From positions 114,514,001 through 114,578,000 of the forward strand of contig OX597823.1 in NCBI GenBank assembly GCA_951406725.2: a DNA stretch of 64,000 nucleotides, written 5' to 3'. The translations under genes were made by a program, and so were the position numbers. The notes beneath the pieces are model-generated. The model was not told the DNA's origin. It ran no database searches and saw only the letters and a list, made by a program, of their open reading frames with translations. This stretch comes from Octopus vulgaris (lineage: Eukaryota). Below, in pieces: positions 1 to 14,666 of this stretch; the stretch's first letter is position 1; each line of letters begins with the position of its first letter.

Positions 1-94
1 ACTAAGGCAGACAAACATAAAGAACAGACATTTTATTTAATAAACCATTTGGTGTTTATTACCGAGTCCTTGTCACTGCTTGCTTTCTCTCCTC

Positions 95-720
95 GTCACT
101 CATAACAGTGAACAGAAACCATGAATGAGTAACCCAAGCAGATGGGTTTCCAACACTTCAGAGAGTTATTCGATGTCTTTCGATTCTTTGATTTGGGGCA
201 CAATGTGCAATTTTGTTGAGAACTTTTACAATGGCCTTTTGGAGGTAATTCCTTAAATGGCCCATCTGGTTAAAAGTGGTGGATCTTCCTTTTCAGGTCT
301 CTTCTCAAACGTGGCTCAGTCTTTCGATGGCGATGGTCGTCCACTAACTTCATCCCAAACATTTTCTGAAAACTCTGGCACCTCATGGTTCACTGAAACT
401 TTGCCATGCATATCATGAATGCATTTATTCCTGCAACACTGAGTGTGGTGTAAAAACTTGTAAGAGTCCAGCATCAAGTATTCCGGGAAACATTATAGGT
501 TGAATATAACTGCTTAACAGTATCTACTCCTTCTTTAGCAGTGTTGTAGAAGGTATTGATTAGTGGTCTTTTTATTCTTTGGTGTCTAACTCAACTGCAG
601 CTTCAGGATGCATTGTGATATACAATGCAACACACGTTTCTTGCACATATAAGAGGCGTCTCTGGAAGCCAGATAAACTTGTCTACTCTGTTCTACTTTT
701 GATAGCGACAAACGCTGTCA
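95..720 (-). pseudogene. piggyBac-family transposase, C-terminal remnant
   Basis: Hand translation of the minus strand gives ...TMHPEAAVELDT..RPLINTFYNTAKEGVDTVKQLYSTYNVSRNT*CWTLTSFYTTLSVAGINA, matching the piggyBac 'YNxxKGGVDxxDQ..Y..R..RRW..F..L.IAGINA' block. It ends in a Cys-rich tail CTLCPKSKNRKTSNNSLKCWKPICLGYSFMVSVHC. Stops and frameshifts are present. Confidence 0.8.
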
Positions 721-1504
721 TCATAATTATGTATTACAAAAACAAGAGCAACGCAAATGTATATTATGTTGTGCATGCCACAAGTGAACCTTACGACACA
801 CATATGAGATAATAAAGGAAATATATACCTTAGAAAAATTACCTATAAGAAAGGTAGGAAGGGTTTGCTACACCTTGAGATGCAATTACTATATATATAT
901 AATCCCAACACAGACTGAGCAATCTGATGCATCGACTCAGTGGATATTGACAGGAAATCACATGGGAGGATGCTTGTTTCACTACTGCCACACGTAAGAT
1001 ATTTAGAAAGAAACCTCACCTGGGGTAAGCCACACCCCACTGTTCATTATTTATTTTAAAACAATTGTTTTTTACTGCCACTATCATTTGAGCTAATTTC
1101 TAGTACTGTGTACCGTGCGACCTATAGCTGTATTTCTCTCGATTGTCATTTAATCTTTGACTGATGGTATGTTTTACAAACAAACTGTAGTTTGATTTGT
1201 TTGTGACTCTTTGGCTGTTTAGTATTGGTTTATATATTTAATATACAATGCATGGTTTTCTAAAAGAATACGTCTATTTTGCGGTTTTCTCTGTGCGTAT
1301 TGATACAACATGCACCGCCATATTGTCAGTGATTTCCCTGCCACCAGTAGGGGGTGCTTATGCAATCCCACAAACGCAGACATCATAAAACCAGCAGAAT
1401 CTGCCATATATGAATGTGAATAAATTCTGTCAAGAGGATGGTTCAGATATGCGTTTTAAAAAGGAATATTGCTCAGATTGTAACGTAAAATGGTTTCTCA
1501 TTTA

Positions 1505-1625
1505 AGCACAAGGCCAGTAATTTTTAATGGAGAGGACGTCTGTGGATTACATCGACCTCAGTAATCCACTGGTACTTTATTCTTTAGACTCTGAAGGTAT
1601 GATTAGCAAAGTTGATCTCAACGAG
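1505..1625 (-). mobile_element. Old, degenerate copy of SINE family B
   Basis: caaggccag..gattacatcgacctcagt..ctggtacttt..gcaaagttgatctc resembles the reverse complement of the family B body (compare 62355-62548). Confidence 0.5.
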
Positions 1626-2528
1626 ATGCGGTCTAAATATTCAAATGTATAATATGCTTGATAAGATATCAGATTTACATGAATAACCCACATGATGATA
1701 CAATATGTTTTTTAGGGGCACTATTCTAGAGACACCCTTAAATTAATTTGTACCCTGAGTCAAAACTTAATAAAAGGAATGTGAATGTCGCAATCAAATT
1801 AGTTACTTTAGAATGATGGTTACGGATCTAACGTTCTGCCCATTGAGTGAATGGAACATAAAAACACGCAACACTAATCAGGATAATCAATATATCTACT
1901 CAGAAATGGAATAGCCAGCTCAATCAGTCTAGGTTCCTTGTTTCGCTGTGAAGTGTATATATATCATACATTTTATAATGATTGAGACGTAGCAATTAGC
2001 GATATGAAACCTTGTTAACAAGTCAGCTTGTACTCTAGTTTCCTACATAGAAATATACGTTTAAAGATACTTGCTTCATAAACAAAATGAACACCAAATG
2101 CCAAAAATATTATCGTTTCTCAGATGATTTACTGATTCTCAAATTGTCTGGAATTACGTCACTAATCATTTCTGTAGACATTTCACAATGAATATTTATA
2201 TAATAAACCATCTTCTTATGATCTCTACTTTAACAAGCTTTGTCACATTTAGATGTCTCTCTTAATTACTCTTTCCTTTATATCAATATTCATTACTATT
2301 TTTCTTCCATATCGTATAATGGTTCTATTTACCGACTGCTATTATGGCTCTAATAGTCTCTATACCTCATTCATTATACATTTCAGCTTGCTTCAATATA
2401 TTAGCATCGCTGCCGTTCATATCATGTGTCCTGGCATTACTTACAGCTAAATGGTAGTCTATATATAGCGTTGATTTCACCGCAATGTAATTTGTTTAAT
2501 AATTTTCCTTCCGTCATCTTTTTTAACG

Positions 2529-2982
<454 letters not shown>

Positions 2983-3378
2983 AATGACGGATTATCGTTC
3001 CGGGCAAAATGCTTTATAAGCTTTCTGTTAATACTCCAGGCTAACAATGTTTTTTAGATTCGTAAAGAACTCTACGTATTCTTGTGGTAGGGTCGAGGTT
3101 ATTGTTCGTCACCATTCTATATTGTAATGTAAATCTATGGTTGTGTTCTCAGTTACACTGGTCATTTACGCAGAGTGATATACAAGACAAGGCATAAATA
3201 ATCGTCATTACATATTTCTGTATTGGAGTAAGTTTGACTTACAGCTGTTTCCGGTAGTTATTATAGGTTTGTTATTGATTAGTTTTCCCGATCGGCTCAT
3301 TGATTGACTAAGAAACGTTTAACGACCTAGAAAATTAATGCTACCCTGCTCTGTAATCGATAGGTAGGACTACATACT

Positions 3379-4377
3379 TTAGTATTTAGTTGACATTCAC
3401 TTTGCAGTTTTTAATTCAGGAACTCATTTTTGGCATTGAACCGATGAACTTTGTGATTGTCTCTTGTGGAATATCTGCCCACTTTTCACGCAACAATTGA
3501 AAGGATTCATATTTAGATTTAGGTTTCTGTTGAGCTTTTAGTATAGCTCTATCTAGTACGCTCCAAAGATTTTCAATTGGATTCATGTCAGGAGATTGGC
3601 TCGGCCAAGGAAGCTTTTTGATCCCATTTTCAGTCAGCCATTGTTGGTTCCTTTTCGCTGTGTGGCACGGAGCCCCATCTTCCATGAATAGAAACTCATT
3701 TTTTTGTTATGTTATCGTGTGAATACATCGGAAGTAGTCCTTGCTTAAGTATTTCGATGTATTTTTCAGAGTTTATCACTCCAACACATTCGATCAGCTC
3801 CCCATACCATCACATAGATACCGCCATGTTTCACAGTTGGTTGGAGTCATTTCAAATCAAATTCTTGATTGGGAAGCTTCCAGATCCAAACACGTCCACT
3901 GTCTGAAAAAAATCCAAATACAGATTCATCTGAGAAAATCATTCTATCCGAAAATGAACTGGATTTTTCTGACATCTCCTTAGCCCATTTCGTTCTTTTC
4001 GTGATATTAATTGGTTGAAGGAGAGGTCTTCTTCTAGCTGCTCGTCCATAATACCCAAGCTTATGCAGATATGTAACACACGTTCTTGCACTAACTTCTA
4101 GCTGTTTTGCAATGTCAGAAGCCTTCGAACGGGATTCGTTTTCCACAATTCTCTTCAAACAGCGAAGCTTTCTTTCTGTGGGCCCAGGTCGGCCGGGACG
4201 AGAATCTGCTGATTCGTTTCCTTTGCTCTTGAATTGCACTTTCATTCTATTAACAGTAGCAAGAGGAATTTGAAGATTTTCGGCAATTTTACGCTGGCTA
4301 AGACCAGTCTGAGATTGCCCAACACCAGAACCTCTTTGAAAATCTGACAGTTCTGCTGAATTTTTTGTGCGTGGCAT
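3379..4377 (-). pseudogene. Tc1-family DDE transposase, frameshifted
   Basis: ORF 3847-4377 has [25 protein letters not shown] (HTH), RPGRP and IFSDES. ORF 3416-3685 has EDGAPCH and LPWPSQSPDMNPIENLWS. After a frameshift it ends ..ELKTAK*MSTKY* at 3379. A possible TIR ending in TA lies at about 4499-4529, with no partner found. Confidence 0.92.
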
Positions 4378-4708
4378 GGTTACCCTTCGTAAATGTTTAA
4401 TATAATGGCACCTGGAATGAAAAAAATTAATTTCATTGTAAATTCTACACCTCTGAAAACATGTTAAGACGCTTAGATCAGAAATTAAAAAAATTAAAGG
4501 TGTCTATTTACTTCCTGCATGTCTATGTATGTATATGTAGGGGAGAAACGTTAAGTTCAATTTCATCCTTTTTACGCTGGGTGGGGTCCAAAGTTAGAAT
4601 TCTAATAATGACTCTTCATATTAAATTTTATAAACATAAGGTGTGTTATGAGCATTTATAGAACACGTATCCTACATTATATATTTATATTGTAAATTCA
4701 TTCCAAAG

Positions 4709-4927
<219 letters not shown>

Positions 4928-4944
4928 TCTCCTTCACACAGGTT

Positions 4945-5490
4945 TCGTGTTTCGTTGGAGCTCCTGGAGTCTTGCATGCGCAGCGGGCTTGTAACTACAG
5001 CCTTTGGAACCATGCTATCTGTTCTTTTCAACTATCTAATACTTTCCTGTATTTGTGGAATGGATCCGTCTGTCGGCCGAGTCTGTAATGATGATCGCAC
5101 CGCTGCCATCCTTCAGTCGGGCAGGCAAGGCAGTTTTCCTTTGCCTGGTGGCTGTTGCGAAAGAGGTTGTTTGGTGTACAAGATGGAAAGGCTGATACAT
5201 TCCTCTTTGGTAGAGCTCTCATTGACTTCCTCAAGTTTCAGTTGAAAAGGAAATTGAGAGTGGAGAGGGAGGTGCTATCCTCGAGTGAGTTTACTGAAAA
5301 GTGGATGAAAGTTACGAAAATGGCAAGAGTGGACGGTACCTCTCCAAATGTCGACCTGTGAATCTGAGGGAAAGAATTGGAAAGGGCACTTGCTCCTAGG
5401 GTTTCATGGAAATCTCGGACAATAGGGTTCCTCGACTATCCCTACAGGCCTTCCTGTGTCAGGAGGGCTACATCTATGACATCCTCCCTA
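4945..5490 (+). mobile_element. 3' end of an L1/Tx1-type LINE ORF2 plus 3' UTR
   Basis: AVFLCLVAVAKEVVWCTRWKG.. / TFLFGRALIDFLKFQLKRKLRVEREVLSSSEFTEKW resembles the 'AK..IW..R....F...L..R...E....F...W' C-terminus of Tx1-like ORF2. Confidence 0.6.
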
Positions 5491-5514
5491 CCACATATAT
5501 ATATATATATACAT

Positions 5515-5669
5515 ATATACGACAGGCTTCTTTCAGTTTCCGTCTACCAAATCCACTCACAAGGCATTGGTCGGCCCGGGGCTATAGCAGAAGACACTTG
5601 CCCAAGATGCTAACTCGGAACCATGTGGTTGGTAAGAAAGCTACTTACCACACAACCACTCCTGCGCCT
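5515..5669 (-). mobile_element. SINE family A, head portion with internal deletion
   Basis: The reverse complement matches ggcgcaggagtggctgtgtggtaagtagc..gtgagtggatttggtagacggaaactgaaagaagcc of the full copies. Confidence 0.9.
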
Positions 5670-5689
5670 TTATTTTTCCTTTGTTTTTA

Positions 5690-5870
5690 AGCTGTGAGCT
5701 AGCAGAATTGTTAACACGCCGGACAAAATGATTTGCAGAATTCCGTCCGTCCTTTCCGTTCTAAGTTCCGCCGAGGTCGACTTTGTCTTTTATCCTTTCG
5801 GGGTCGATGTAATACGTACCACTTACACATTGTGGCCAATGTAATCGACTATCCCCCACCCCTATAAGTA
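5690..5870 (+). mobile_element. SINE family B, degenerate
   Basis: gagctagcagaattgttaacacgccgg..ccgccgaggtcgactttgtctttt..tttcggggtcgat. Confidence 0.75.
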
Positions 5871-5873
<3 letters not shown>

Positions 5874-5935
<62 letters not shown>

Positions 5936-5967
5936 ATTATTATTATTATTATTATCATTATTATTAT

Positions 5968-6038
<71 letters not shown>

Positions 6039-6041
6039 TTA

Positions 6042-6082
<41 letters not shown>

Positions 6083-6120
6083 ATTATCATCATCTATTAT
6101 TATTATTACTACTACTACTA

Positions 6121-6153
<33 letters not shown>

Positions 6154-6171
6154 TACTACTACTACTACTAC

Positions 6172-6236
<65 letters not shown>
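5874..6236. repeat. Compound (TAT)n/(TAC)n microsatellite
   Basis: Direct observation. Confidence 0.97.
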
Positions 6237-6237
<1 letters not shown>

Positions 6238-6453
6238 GTGGTGGGGTGTATAAGTAAAAAAATATAAGTATTGGGGTGGATTCATTCTGCAAAAAAAAAT
6301 TCTCCAGAGCTGTGCCCCAACATGGCTGCTGTCTAGTAACTACAACAGTTAAAATATAAAGCAGAAAAATTAGAAGATATATAAAGCAAGATGTATATAC
6401 ATTCGTACACTCATACATACACACATACAGATACACACACATACACATACATG

Positions 6454-6464
<11 letters not shown>

Positions 6465-6484
<20 letters not shown>

Positions 6485-6605
6485 GTATATATATATTTAT
6501 ATATATATGTATATATATATTTATATATGTATATATATATATATATATATATACATATATGTATATATATTTATATATATATGTATATATATATTTATAT
6601 ATTTA

Positions 6606-6666
<61 letters not shown>

Positions 6667-6677
6667 TTATATATTTA

Positions 6678-6746
<69 letters not shown>
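6465..6746. repeat. Interrupted (TA)n microsatellite
   Basis: Direct observation. Confidence 0.97.
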
Positions 6747-6751
<5 letters not shown>

Positions 6752-8113
6752 CAAACAATCACTTACACATGTGTGTGCGCGTGTGTCTATGTGTGTATGG
6801 TGTGTAACTCCTAAATTTATAATCTTAACATTGTCATTGAAATATTTTTAGAATTATTCAATAAAATTATGTTGATTTATCTATTTAAATTTTATTACGT
6901 TGCCATGTTTTATTTTCTATAGACGAAATATTTTTCAAAAAAAAATCTGATAAAGCAATGTTTCTGCGTTGAAGTTTTACTGTACAGAATATAGTTTATT
7001 TTTTATTGATATAATGTGCCATCATTTTAAAATTCTATAAAAAATCGTAATGTTTATATGTTTAATCATGTTTTTTCTTCTCTTTTTATTTTATATTTTA
7101 TACACGATATAAGTTTTCGAAGAAAATCAAATAAGACATCTACAATTATTAAATAACCGTTTCAGATCATTTTTTCTGTAATCTTTAAACTTAATAAGTT
7201 AAAAGGAAGTATCGTAAATATGCTAGTCAATCTTACAATAATAGAAATATTGGTTGTGACATATACACATGATTTTCGGTATTTCAGACAGGCTCTTTAT
7301 TTTAAGAATCAAACGTTTTAACAACGAGCGTGGTGTGTGCACCAGTTACATGAAATACGAGTGTAATATTGAAACAATTCTAAGCTTTAGCTGAAGCTAA
7401 ATAGAGACACGAAAATCGGATATCGCTTCCTATTCAAGTTTGTTTCTGTTGCGTGAGAAGCCATCGTCTGTATATCGTCTCTTAGAGGGTTAATAGAATT
7501 ACTAGCTTTACGTGCCATTAATTCTTTTCCTAACCTAAATCTGTCTAAACTCATCAATCTTTGCATATTATTATCGAACGAGAAAAGATGATTAGAGATG
7601 GAAAGGAGAATAATCTAGAGGCCAACATCCTATTTCTCTTGCCTGTATAATTTAGTTTATTTCTATGACGCGATCATCATAAATTACAATATCAAATTTT
7701 AAAAATATTAAAGCACAATACAGCCTATGTTTTCATGATTTCATTTTTTCATCCAGTTCTTCTTAAAAAAGCTTACCAAGAAGAACAAGAACAATATATA
7801 TTGATTGTAAAATACGATCACTAAGAATTGGGAGGAATCATATTGCAGATACTTATATAGAGATTTGTTAGTAAAATCAAAAATGAAAATAATTATATAT
7901 GTGGATGGGTCATGTTAAAAATATTTTTATTTTGAGCAGGTGTGTTACCTTATTAAGTTTTATATTAGTATATTTATTTAAGGTGTACTTAGAGGAGGAC
8001 GAGTTGTGATATGGTACAAAATGAGACATTCACAACTGTCCAGGTCATTTTAACTTTGACTTACTCATTAATGCATACATATATATTAATACATTAAAGC
8101 ATACATACATACC

Positions 8114-8150
<37 letters not shown>

Positions 8151-8192
8151 CTGTGTATGTGTATGTGTGTGTCTGTGTGTGTCCATGTGCGT

Positions 8193-8517
8193 GGCGGCGC
8201 AATGGTCCAGTGGTTAGGACAGCGGACTCGCGGTCGTGGAATCGCAGTTTCGATTCCTAGATCGGGCGTTTTGAGTGCTTATTGAGCGAAAACACCTAAG
8301 GCTCCACGAGACGCTTACCTTTTACTCCTGTTTCTGTTATACCTGTATTTCAAAGGGCGAACCTTGTCACACACTGTGACACGTTGAACCTCGCTGGAAA
8401 CTAAGTTAAGAGTACACGTGTCTGCGGAGTGCTCAGCCACTTACACGTTAAGTTCACAAGCTGGCTGTTCCGTTAATCGGATCAACTTGAACCCTAGTCT
8501 TCGTTACCGACGGAGTG

Positions 8518-8519
<2 letters not shown>
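8193..8519 (+). mobile_element. tRNA-derived SINE, family C
   Basis: A-box-like tggtccagtggtta and B-box-like gtttcgattcc. The 3' half (ccttgtcacac..ccgacggagtgc) is shared with 62550-62868. Confidence 0.8.
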
Positions 8520-8547
<28 letters not shown>

Positions 8548-8552
<5 letters not shown>

Positions 8553-8661
8553 CGTGAACGACCAGGTTATCAGATGTTGCTACACATCGCTAGTCACAAT
8601 GCGCTTCACATTGTTTTAGCCTTCAAATGACGCCACCCCGCTGGATAAACGAGCAGGCCAA
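8548..8661. repeat. Unclassified ~110 bp interspersed repeat in (TA)n; second copy at 45927-46024
   Basis: atcagatgttg(c/t)tacacatc(g/a)ctagtcacaat(g/a)cgcttcacattgttttagccttcaaatgacgccac is present at both loci. Confidence 0.85.
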
Positions 8662-9087
8662 TATATATATATTTGTATGCCTTAGTGTATATATGTTTGT
8701 GTGTGCGTAAATATGTGTGCGTGTATGCGTCTGTGTGTGTACTTATGCACATGCATACATAAAATACGTATATCTATAGATCATAGAAAATTCCTTTTAG
8801 CCATTAAAAACTCAAAAACTGTGATAGTGAATTTTTCTTATATTTCTTAACTTGTCAAATTTTTGTGACACTTCTGCAGTGAAATCTTTGACGTTTTAAG
8901 TATTAAACTAAACTGAATATAAAAGTTGCAATCTACTTCAATCGCTAAACTGATATTTCATGATCTCTTTCTTTCAGGTCCAATATATAACCTCAGAAAA
9001 TAGACACAAACACACACACACACTCTCTCTCTCTCTCTCTCTCTCTCACTTTCTCTCATACACACACACTCACAAGCACATGTAAAG

Positions 9088-9163
<76 letters not shown>

Positions 9164-9180
9164 GTATATATGTATGTATG

Positions 9181-9229
<49 letters not shown>

Positions 9230-9370
9230 ATATATATGTATATATACACACATACGTGTATGTGAATTTGTGTATGCATGTGTGTCTGGATACAGACGAA
9301 GATAAGTTTAGTGTACACACACACACGCACGCACAAACAAACATATACATATACACACAAACAGACACTG

Positions 9371-9433
<63 letters not shown>

Positions 9434-10977
9434 TTATTTATTGTTGTATCTCAGCATGATTACAGCCGACTGATTAGTAACAGGGAAAGAATAAAAGATT
9501 AAAAGATCATAGTTTGTATGTGCGTGTGTGTTTATATGTGTATGTGTATGAGTGTGAGTAAGTGTGTGTGTGTGTGTGCGTATGTGTGTGCACTAATCTT
9601 ATCTCTGTCTGTATCCACATACATACCAATTCACATTTATATATGTCTGTATATATATAGATATATATTTATATACATATATATTATATATATATATATA
9701 TACACATACACACACACACACAGACGTGTGTTTGTCTCTGTGTGTGTGCGTGCGTGTGTATGTGTGTGTGTATTGTTAATAATTTTGTATGGAAATATTG
9801 ATGTATAACAACATAAAATTGTTATATTCCTCTTGCTATTTTAATGCAGGAAATAAAACTGCAGGCAGCCAGTTCTGCAATATAAAAAGGGACAAAATAA
9901 CTGCGATAGTTTTCCATGGTTAGCATGAAAGATATAGTAGAGCACGTTTTCGAAATAGGAAGTGAAGTGAAGATGATAACGACGACGCACACAGCGGTCA
10001 AGCATGAATATCTGATAAAACAATTGAAGTTGTCAAAACGACTCGGAAATATTATGCAGAACGTCGTATTTATGAAGGCGTGATATTATCTTTGAAGGGA
10101 ATGTTTCACTCTATCTGCTCAATATAAATTATTGATTTTCATGTACTTTAAAATGGCGCAGAATGTTGTATATGTTTTTGGTGGGAAAGGAAATGATATG
10201 TTGTAACCCGACTGTGTTTCAGAAATGTGTTAACGCTGAACGTGGAGAGAAATTACTTAACAAATATATTGGTTTCTGTTTGATTGCACACAACAGGAGT
10301 CTGTTTTTATCAGAAAGGAAAATGGCGCTACATTCATGAATATCCCAAGAGTATTAATGGGGTAACTTTCCCATAGTTAGCTTGTATGATAGGTTTCAAG
10401 CGTGGTTCGAAACGCCTTTTTTCACCTCTGCAGTATAAAAGATTATTTCTTATCATTCTACAGCGTTTCTCTCAATAGCGTTCGAACTATTGCTTCCACG
10501 CTATCAGCCAAGAAATCCATATTTCTGGTAATCAAATAGAATAGCATTAGTTTCTTAAGTTGATATAAGATGTATGGATATGATGCAGGTAGGGAAGTTT
10601 CAAGTTGTTTCTAATATATTACTGGTATTTACTGAGCCGTCGTCCGGAAGTAGAATTCTTAATCCTACTACCATACCTGCAGCCGCAACAATAATTTAAA
10701 AAGAAGCAATCATTTTTAGTCCATTCGTATAAAAATCATTCCAGGTGGTGCCCCAGTACAGCTGCAGTCTAATGGCCGAAACAAATAAGGGATAACACAT
10801 ATAAGAATCAAACACAGACAAACGAGCCTACGATGGAAGGCAGTTTAACAGTGACCACCCAGTCGATAATGGAAACATTATAACTGCAGATAAATTGTTC
10901 GCCATAAAAAATTGAAATTCTACAATAGTATTTAATGATTTGTGGGAGAATTGGTTATTATTTCCCTTTATAAATTT

Positions 10978-11374
10978 AGCAGGAGCGGCTGTGTGGTAAG
11001 TAGCTTGCTAACGAACCACATGGTTCCGGGTTCAGTCCCACTGCGTGGCACCTTGGGCAAGTGTCTTCTACTATAGCCTCGGGCCGGCCAATGCCTTGTG
11101 AGTGGATTTGGTAGACGGAAACTGAAAAAAACCCGTCGTATATATTTATAGATATATGTGTGTATACGTTTATATGTCTGTGTTTGTCCCTCCCAGCATC
11201 GCTTGACAACCGATGCTGGTGTGTTTACGTCCCCTTAACTTAGTGGTTCGTCAAAAGAGAGAGATAGAATAAGTACTAGGCTTACAAAGAATAAGTCCTG
11301 GGGTCGATTTGCTCGACTAAAAGGCGGTGCTCCAGCATGGCCACAGTCAAGTGACTGAAACAAGTAAAAGAATA
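10978..11374 (+). mobile_element. SINE family A, full length
   Basis: tRNA-like head (tggctgtgtggta / ggttcagtccc), CORE-like ccttgggcaagtgtc, internal TA/TG tract, and tail ending gactgaaacaagtaaaagaata. Confidence 0.93.
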
Positions 11375-11529
11375 ACAATCTTCCTCATTGATTAAAAAAA
11401 AACCCGAAAGAATAAGAAATCAATAAGGAGGTTTAAGTGGCTTTTAATATATTACTGGTCACCCTAAAGCGGAATTCTAAACGTCACAACCAGTGAATGA
11501 AGAAGCCTCCCACATTGATTATCAAATAA

Positions 11530-11778
11530 CGAAAGAATGAGCGCCTTCGCAAGTCATGCAGACGCATTATGCTGGTTTCCCGATTTCTGTGACGTAATAT
11601 TGGCCACTGGATGCGATGCTGGTCTGTTGCAGGATTACACATTTTTGCCACCTGAGTGGACCGTAGCAATATGAGCTGAAGTCTTGCTCAAAAACATAAG
11701 GCGTCGTCCGGTCCAGGAATGGAAACCACAATCATACGTTCAAGAAGCCAACATCCTAACCACCAAACTTCGCGTCTC
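11530..11778 (-). mobile_element. Degenerate tRNA/CORE-type SINE with a different tail
   Basis: The reverse complement has ttgagcaagact..ccactcaggtggcaaaaatg (as in 62550), followed by cctgcaacagaccagcatcgcatccag..gaaaccagc. Confidence 0.65.
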
Positions 11779-14424
11779 AAGTTTCATTATTGACTCATAC
11801 AAACAATCATACATAATGCCTGAGCCTGTGTTTTGCGGCAGATCTGGCCACTATTTCTAACAGCTAAAGCAATATAATAATGGTTATATCCTTGACTCAT
11901 TAAAAGTGGTTTCTTGCATATATGTGTGTACTACTACCTGTATAAAGGTTCATTTATTTTTCGATGACGGTATATGTAATTTTTGTATCTGTATGTGTTT
12001 GCATGTGTGTGAGTATGCATGTGTGTGTATGCATGTGTGTGTGTGCGTGCGCACACGTGCGTCTTTGTGTGCGTGTGTTAGCAAATGCTGTGAAAGTAAG
12101 TTTGAGTACAGAGCTTGAGAAACGAAAAATATTTCTGTTACTTGAAACAGAAAATAAATTGACCAAGGGACCTTAACTTCATCAAACAATGATGAAGTCA
12201 GACGAAATAATTTAAACTATAGATGGGGAGATTGGTAAATCTGTGTGTATGAGACTGGATACTTATTTGTGTATATGTATATACAAACATGCATGTTTAT
12301 TTATACGCATGTGTATTTGTCAATGAGTTTGAATGTGCAAGTGCCCTTTATTAGATTATTTTCTATACTCGTCTCCCTGCGTGTATGTGATTGTTAAATG
12401 GCATAGCGGCATATTATAAACACAGTCCTATACATTGTGGATAACACTGATCCACAACGTATACATCTAGTGCCACACAAGACGGACTTAATAGTTATCT
12501 GAGCTGTTCAATAGTAGCAGAATTTGTTATTAGATTTCTTTAAAATACAAACCGAAATAACTATGTAAAAGCCTCTGGCAAAGTGTAAACATCTCCAGGA
12601 AAATTTTCACTCATGTTGGTTGGTGCTAATACTTATTGAAAGCTCCCATTATCTGGCCTCTTGACACGGAAGAAAAGCATGCAATACGTGCAAGAAAAGC
12701 AACTGGATCCGGCTGTTGCCAAAGGAGCCAGCAATATGATCGAAATCTTCGATGGGGTTTCGATCTAACGGTAGGTCAGACTCGTGAATTCACCAAACTT
12801 TATAGGCAAGTATTACTTTTATGGCTTGTCAGAAATGTTCATTTATCCTCAACACATCAGATGACGACAAAACACGTATTACTGCGTTACAAATAGCACA
12901 CGTTTTTTTATCTGATCTGATACACCCAATAATATGTGTGTGTATGTGTGTGCATGTATGTGTGTGCAAGTATGTTTGTGTGCGCATGCGCATCTTTTGT
13001 TGGTGTTTATCTCCGGAAGATAATATGAATATCAGTGAAAACCTCGTAAATCAATGCTTGCTAACGAGTATACCACGTGGATTTTGCTTTGCCCAAATTG
13101 CGTGAATTTAGTTTGTGAATTTCGTCTTTGGTTGTATATACTGAATCATTTATTAGCTCGTTGCGAACACTATTGTTTAGAAAATTCGATAGAAAATAAT
13201 ATATGTATTAAGAATTATGCAAAGTGGAATAGTTCCAACGAAAGTTCGAAGCCGAGTCCAGAGCTTCGCTTGCTACTGACAGCCAGTATCGCTTTGTGAT
13301 CTTATAATTATTTCCATAACAATCTGAACAAATTTACCATTACTTAGTGCTGCTTTTCCTTATATTAAAGTGTAAGAACGTAGATGAAATAGTTCCAATT
13401 ATCTATAAGGTCTGTGCACATGTCATTCTCATTTAGAATAAAGCAGCCTAACGGAAACGTTAAACAGGCTAAAATCTTCAATAAAATATAAAAGACCCAT
13501 AAGAGAGATTAGCCATTCATTCCGTCTTATCTTAACATATCAATACTGTTTCAATGGCGAATGCTTGCATTACTAAACATGAACAGCATTGCCAGTAGTG
13601 ACATCTACATCACAACAACAGCCACCACTACATCCTCTTCCCCTCCAAAAGATGACGTATGACCAACACCGGAATCGCCAGTACCTCCGCCACTACCGCA
13701 GTTAACAACACGTCCTGGGAATTTTAACTTGGCTTTTGGATCAAATTTCGAAGATTTTCGGCAATATAAATTTCTTGAACATGGCAAACAAATCCCATGT
13801 TTCACTCTCCTGCCCTTCACATTGCATTCACGACTAATCGCCCCGTTTTATTTCTTTATATTACATTTCATTTTAGACTTGTTATCGGTTTTCTGTTTTC
13901 GCTTGTTTCGGTTCTTAATCACTATTTTCCTCACTTCGTTTCATTGGAAACAGTAAATTCCATCTATAATTACTTCGCCTCTTATAACCGTTCCAGTCCT
14001 CCCTGCTGCATTATTATAGCAACGGTTTCGTGCTGAGAGACTTGTTTACAAGTGCGACTGTTCTCAGTCGCAACCACACAGCCTCTCACTACTTCAACAT
14101 ATCACTTCGCACATCGTAACATACTAACATACACGACAGTACGCCATTCCAAACTGCATTGCTCCATACTACACCACACCATACAGCAAAGCAAAGCAAA
14201 GTAAACCAAACAACATCCCACAACCAACCACACCGCACCAATCACACACAACGCCACGCTCCACCACGCCGAGCCACCACACAACCGCCACATCAAACCA
14301 AATCAAACAACACACACGGCCATAACAAATAAAAAAAGAAATCAGCCCAAACGGAAGAGAGATGAGAGAAAGAAGCAGAATGAAAATCAGAGAAAATATT
14401 GCAGCAGGCTGGGTGGGGAAGAGT

Positions 14425-14666
14425 GTTGTGGTGGTGGTGGTGGTGGTGGTAGGGGTAGTAGTGGAGGATTTGTGGTGGTAGTTCTGCTGGTGCTGCTGAT
14501 GCTAATGCTGGTGGTAGTGATTTTAGCGGCGGCGGCGGCGGCGGTGGTGGTGGTGGTGGTGATGATGACTGTAGTGGTGATGATGGTTGTGGTTTTAATG
14601 GCGGTGATGATGATAGTGCTAGTGGTGTTGGTGGTGGTGGTGGTGGTGGTGGTGGTGGTTGTGGTG
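14425..14666. repeat. Compound (GGT)n/(GGC)n/(GAT)n trinucleotide low-complexity tract
   Basis: Direct observation, including a (GGC)n run at about 14527-14543. Confidence 0.9.

Noticed and set aside
9850-10083. Acceptor-like ttttaatgcag followed by a ~78-codon open frame
   Set aside because: The peptide is unrecognisable and the length is within chance expectation. It needs RNA-seq support.
13605-13820. 71-aa minus-strand ORF (MKGRRVKHGICLPC..)
   Set aside because: Non-ATG start, no recognisable domain and no clear splice sites; more likely UTR or regulatory sequence.
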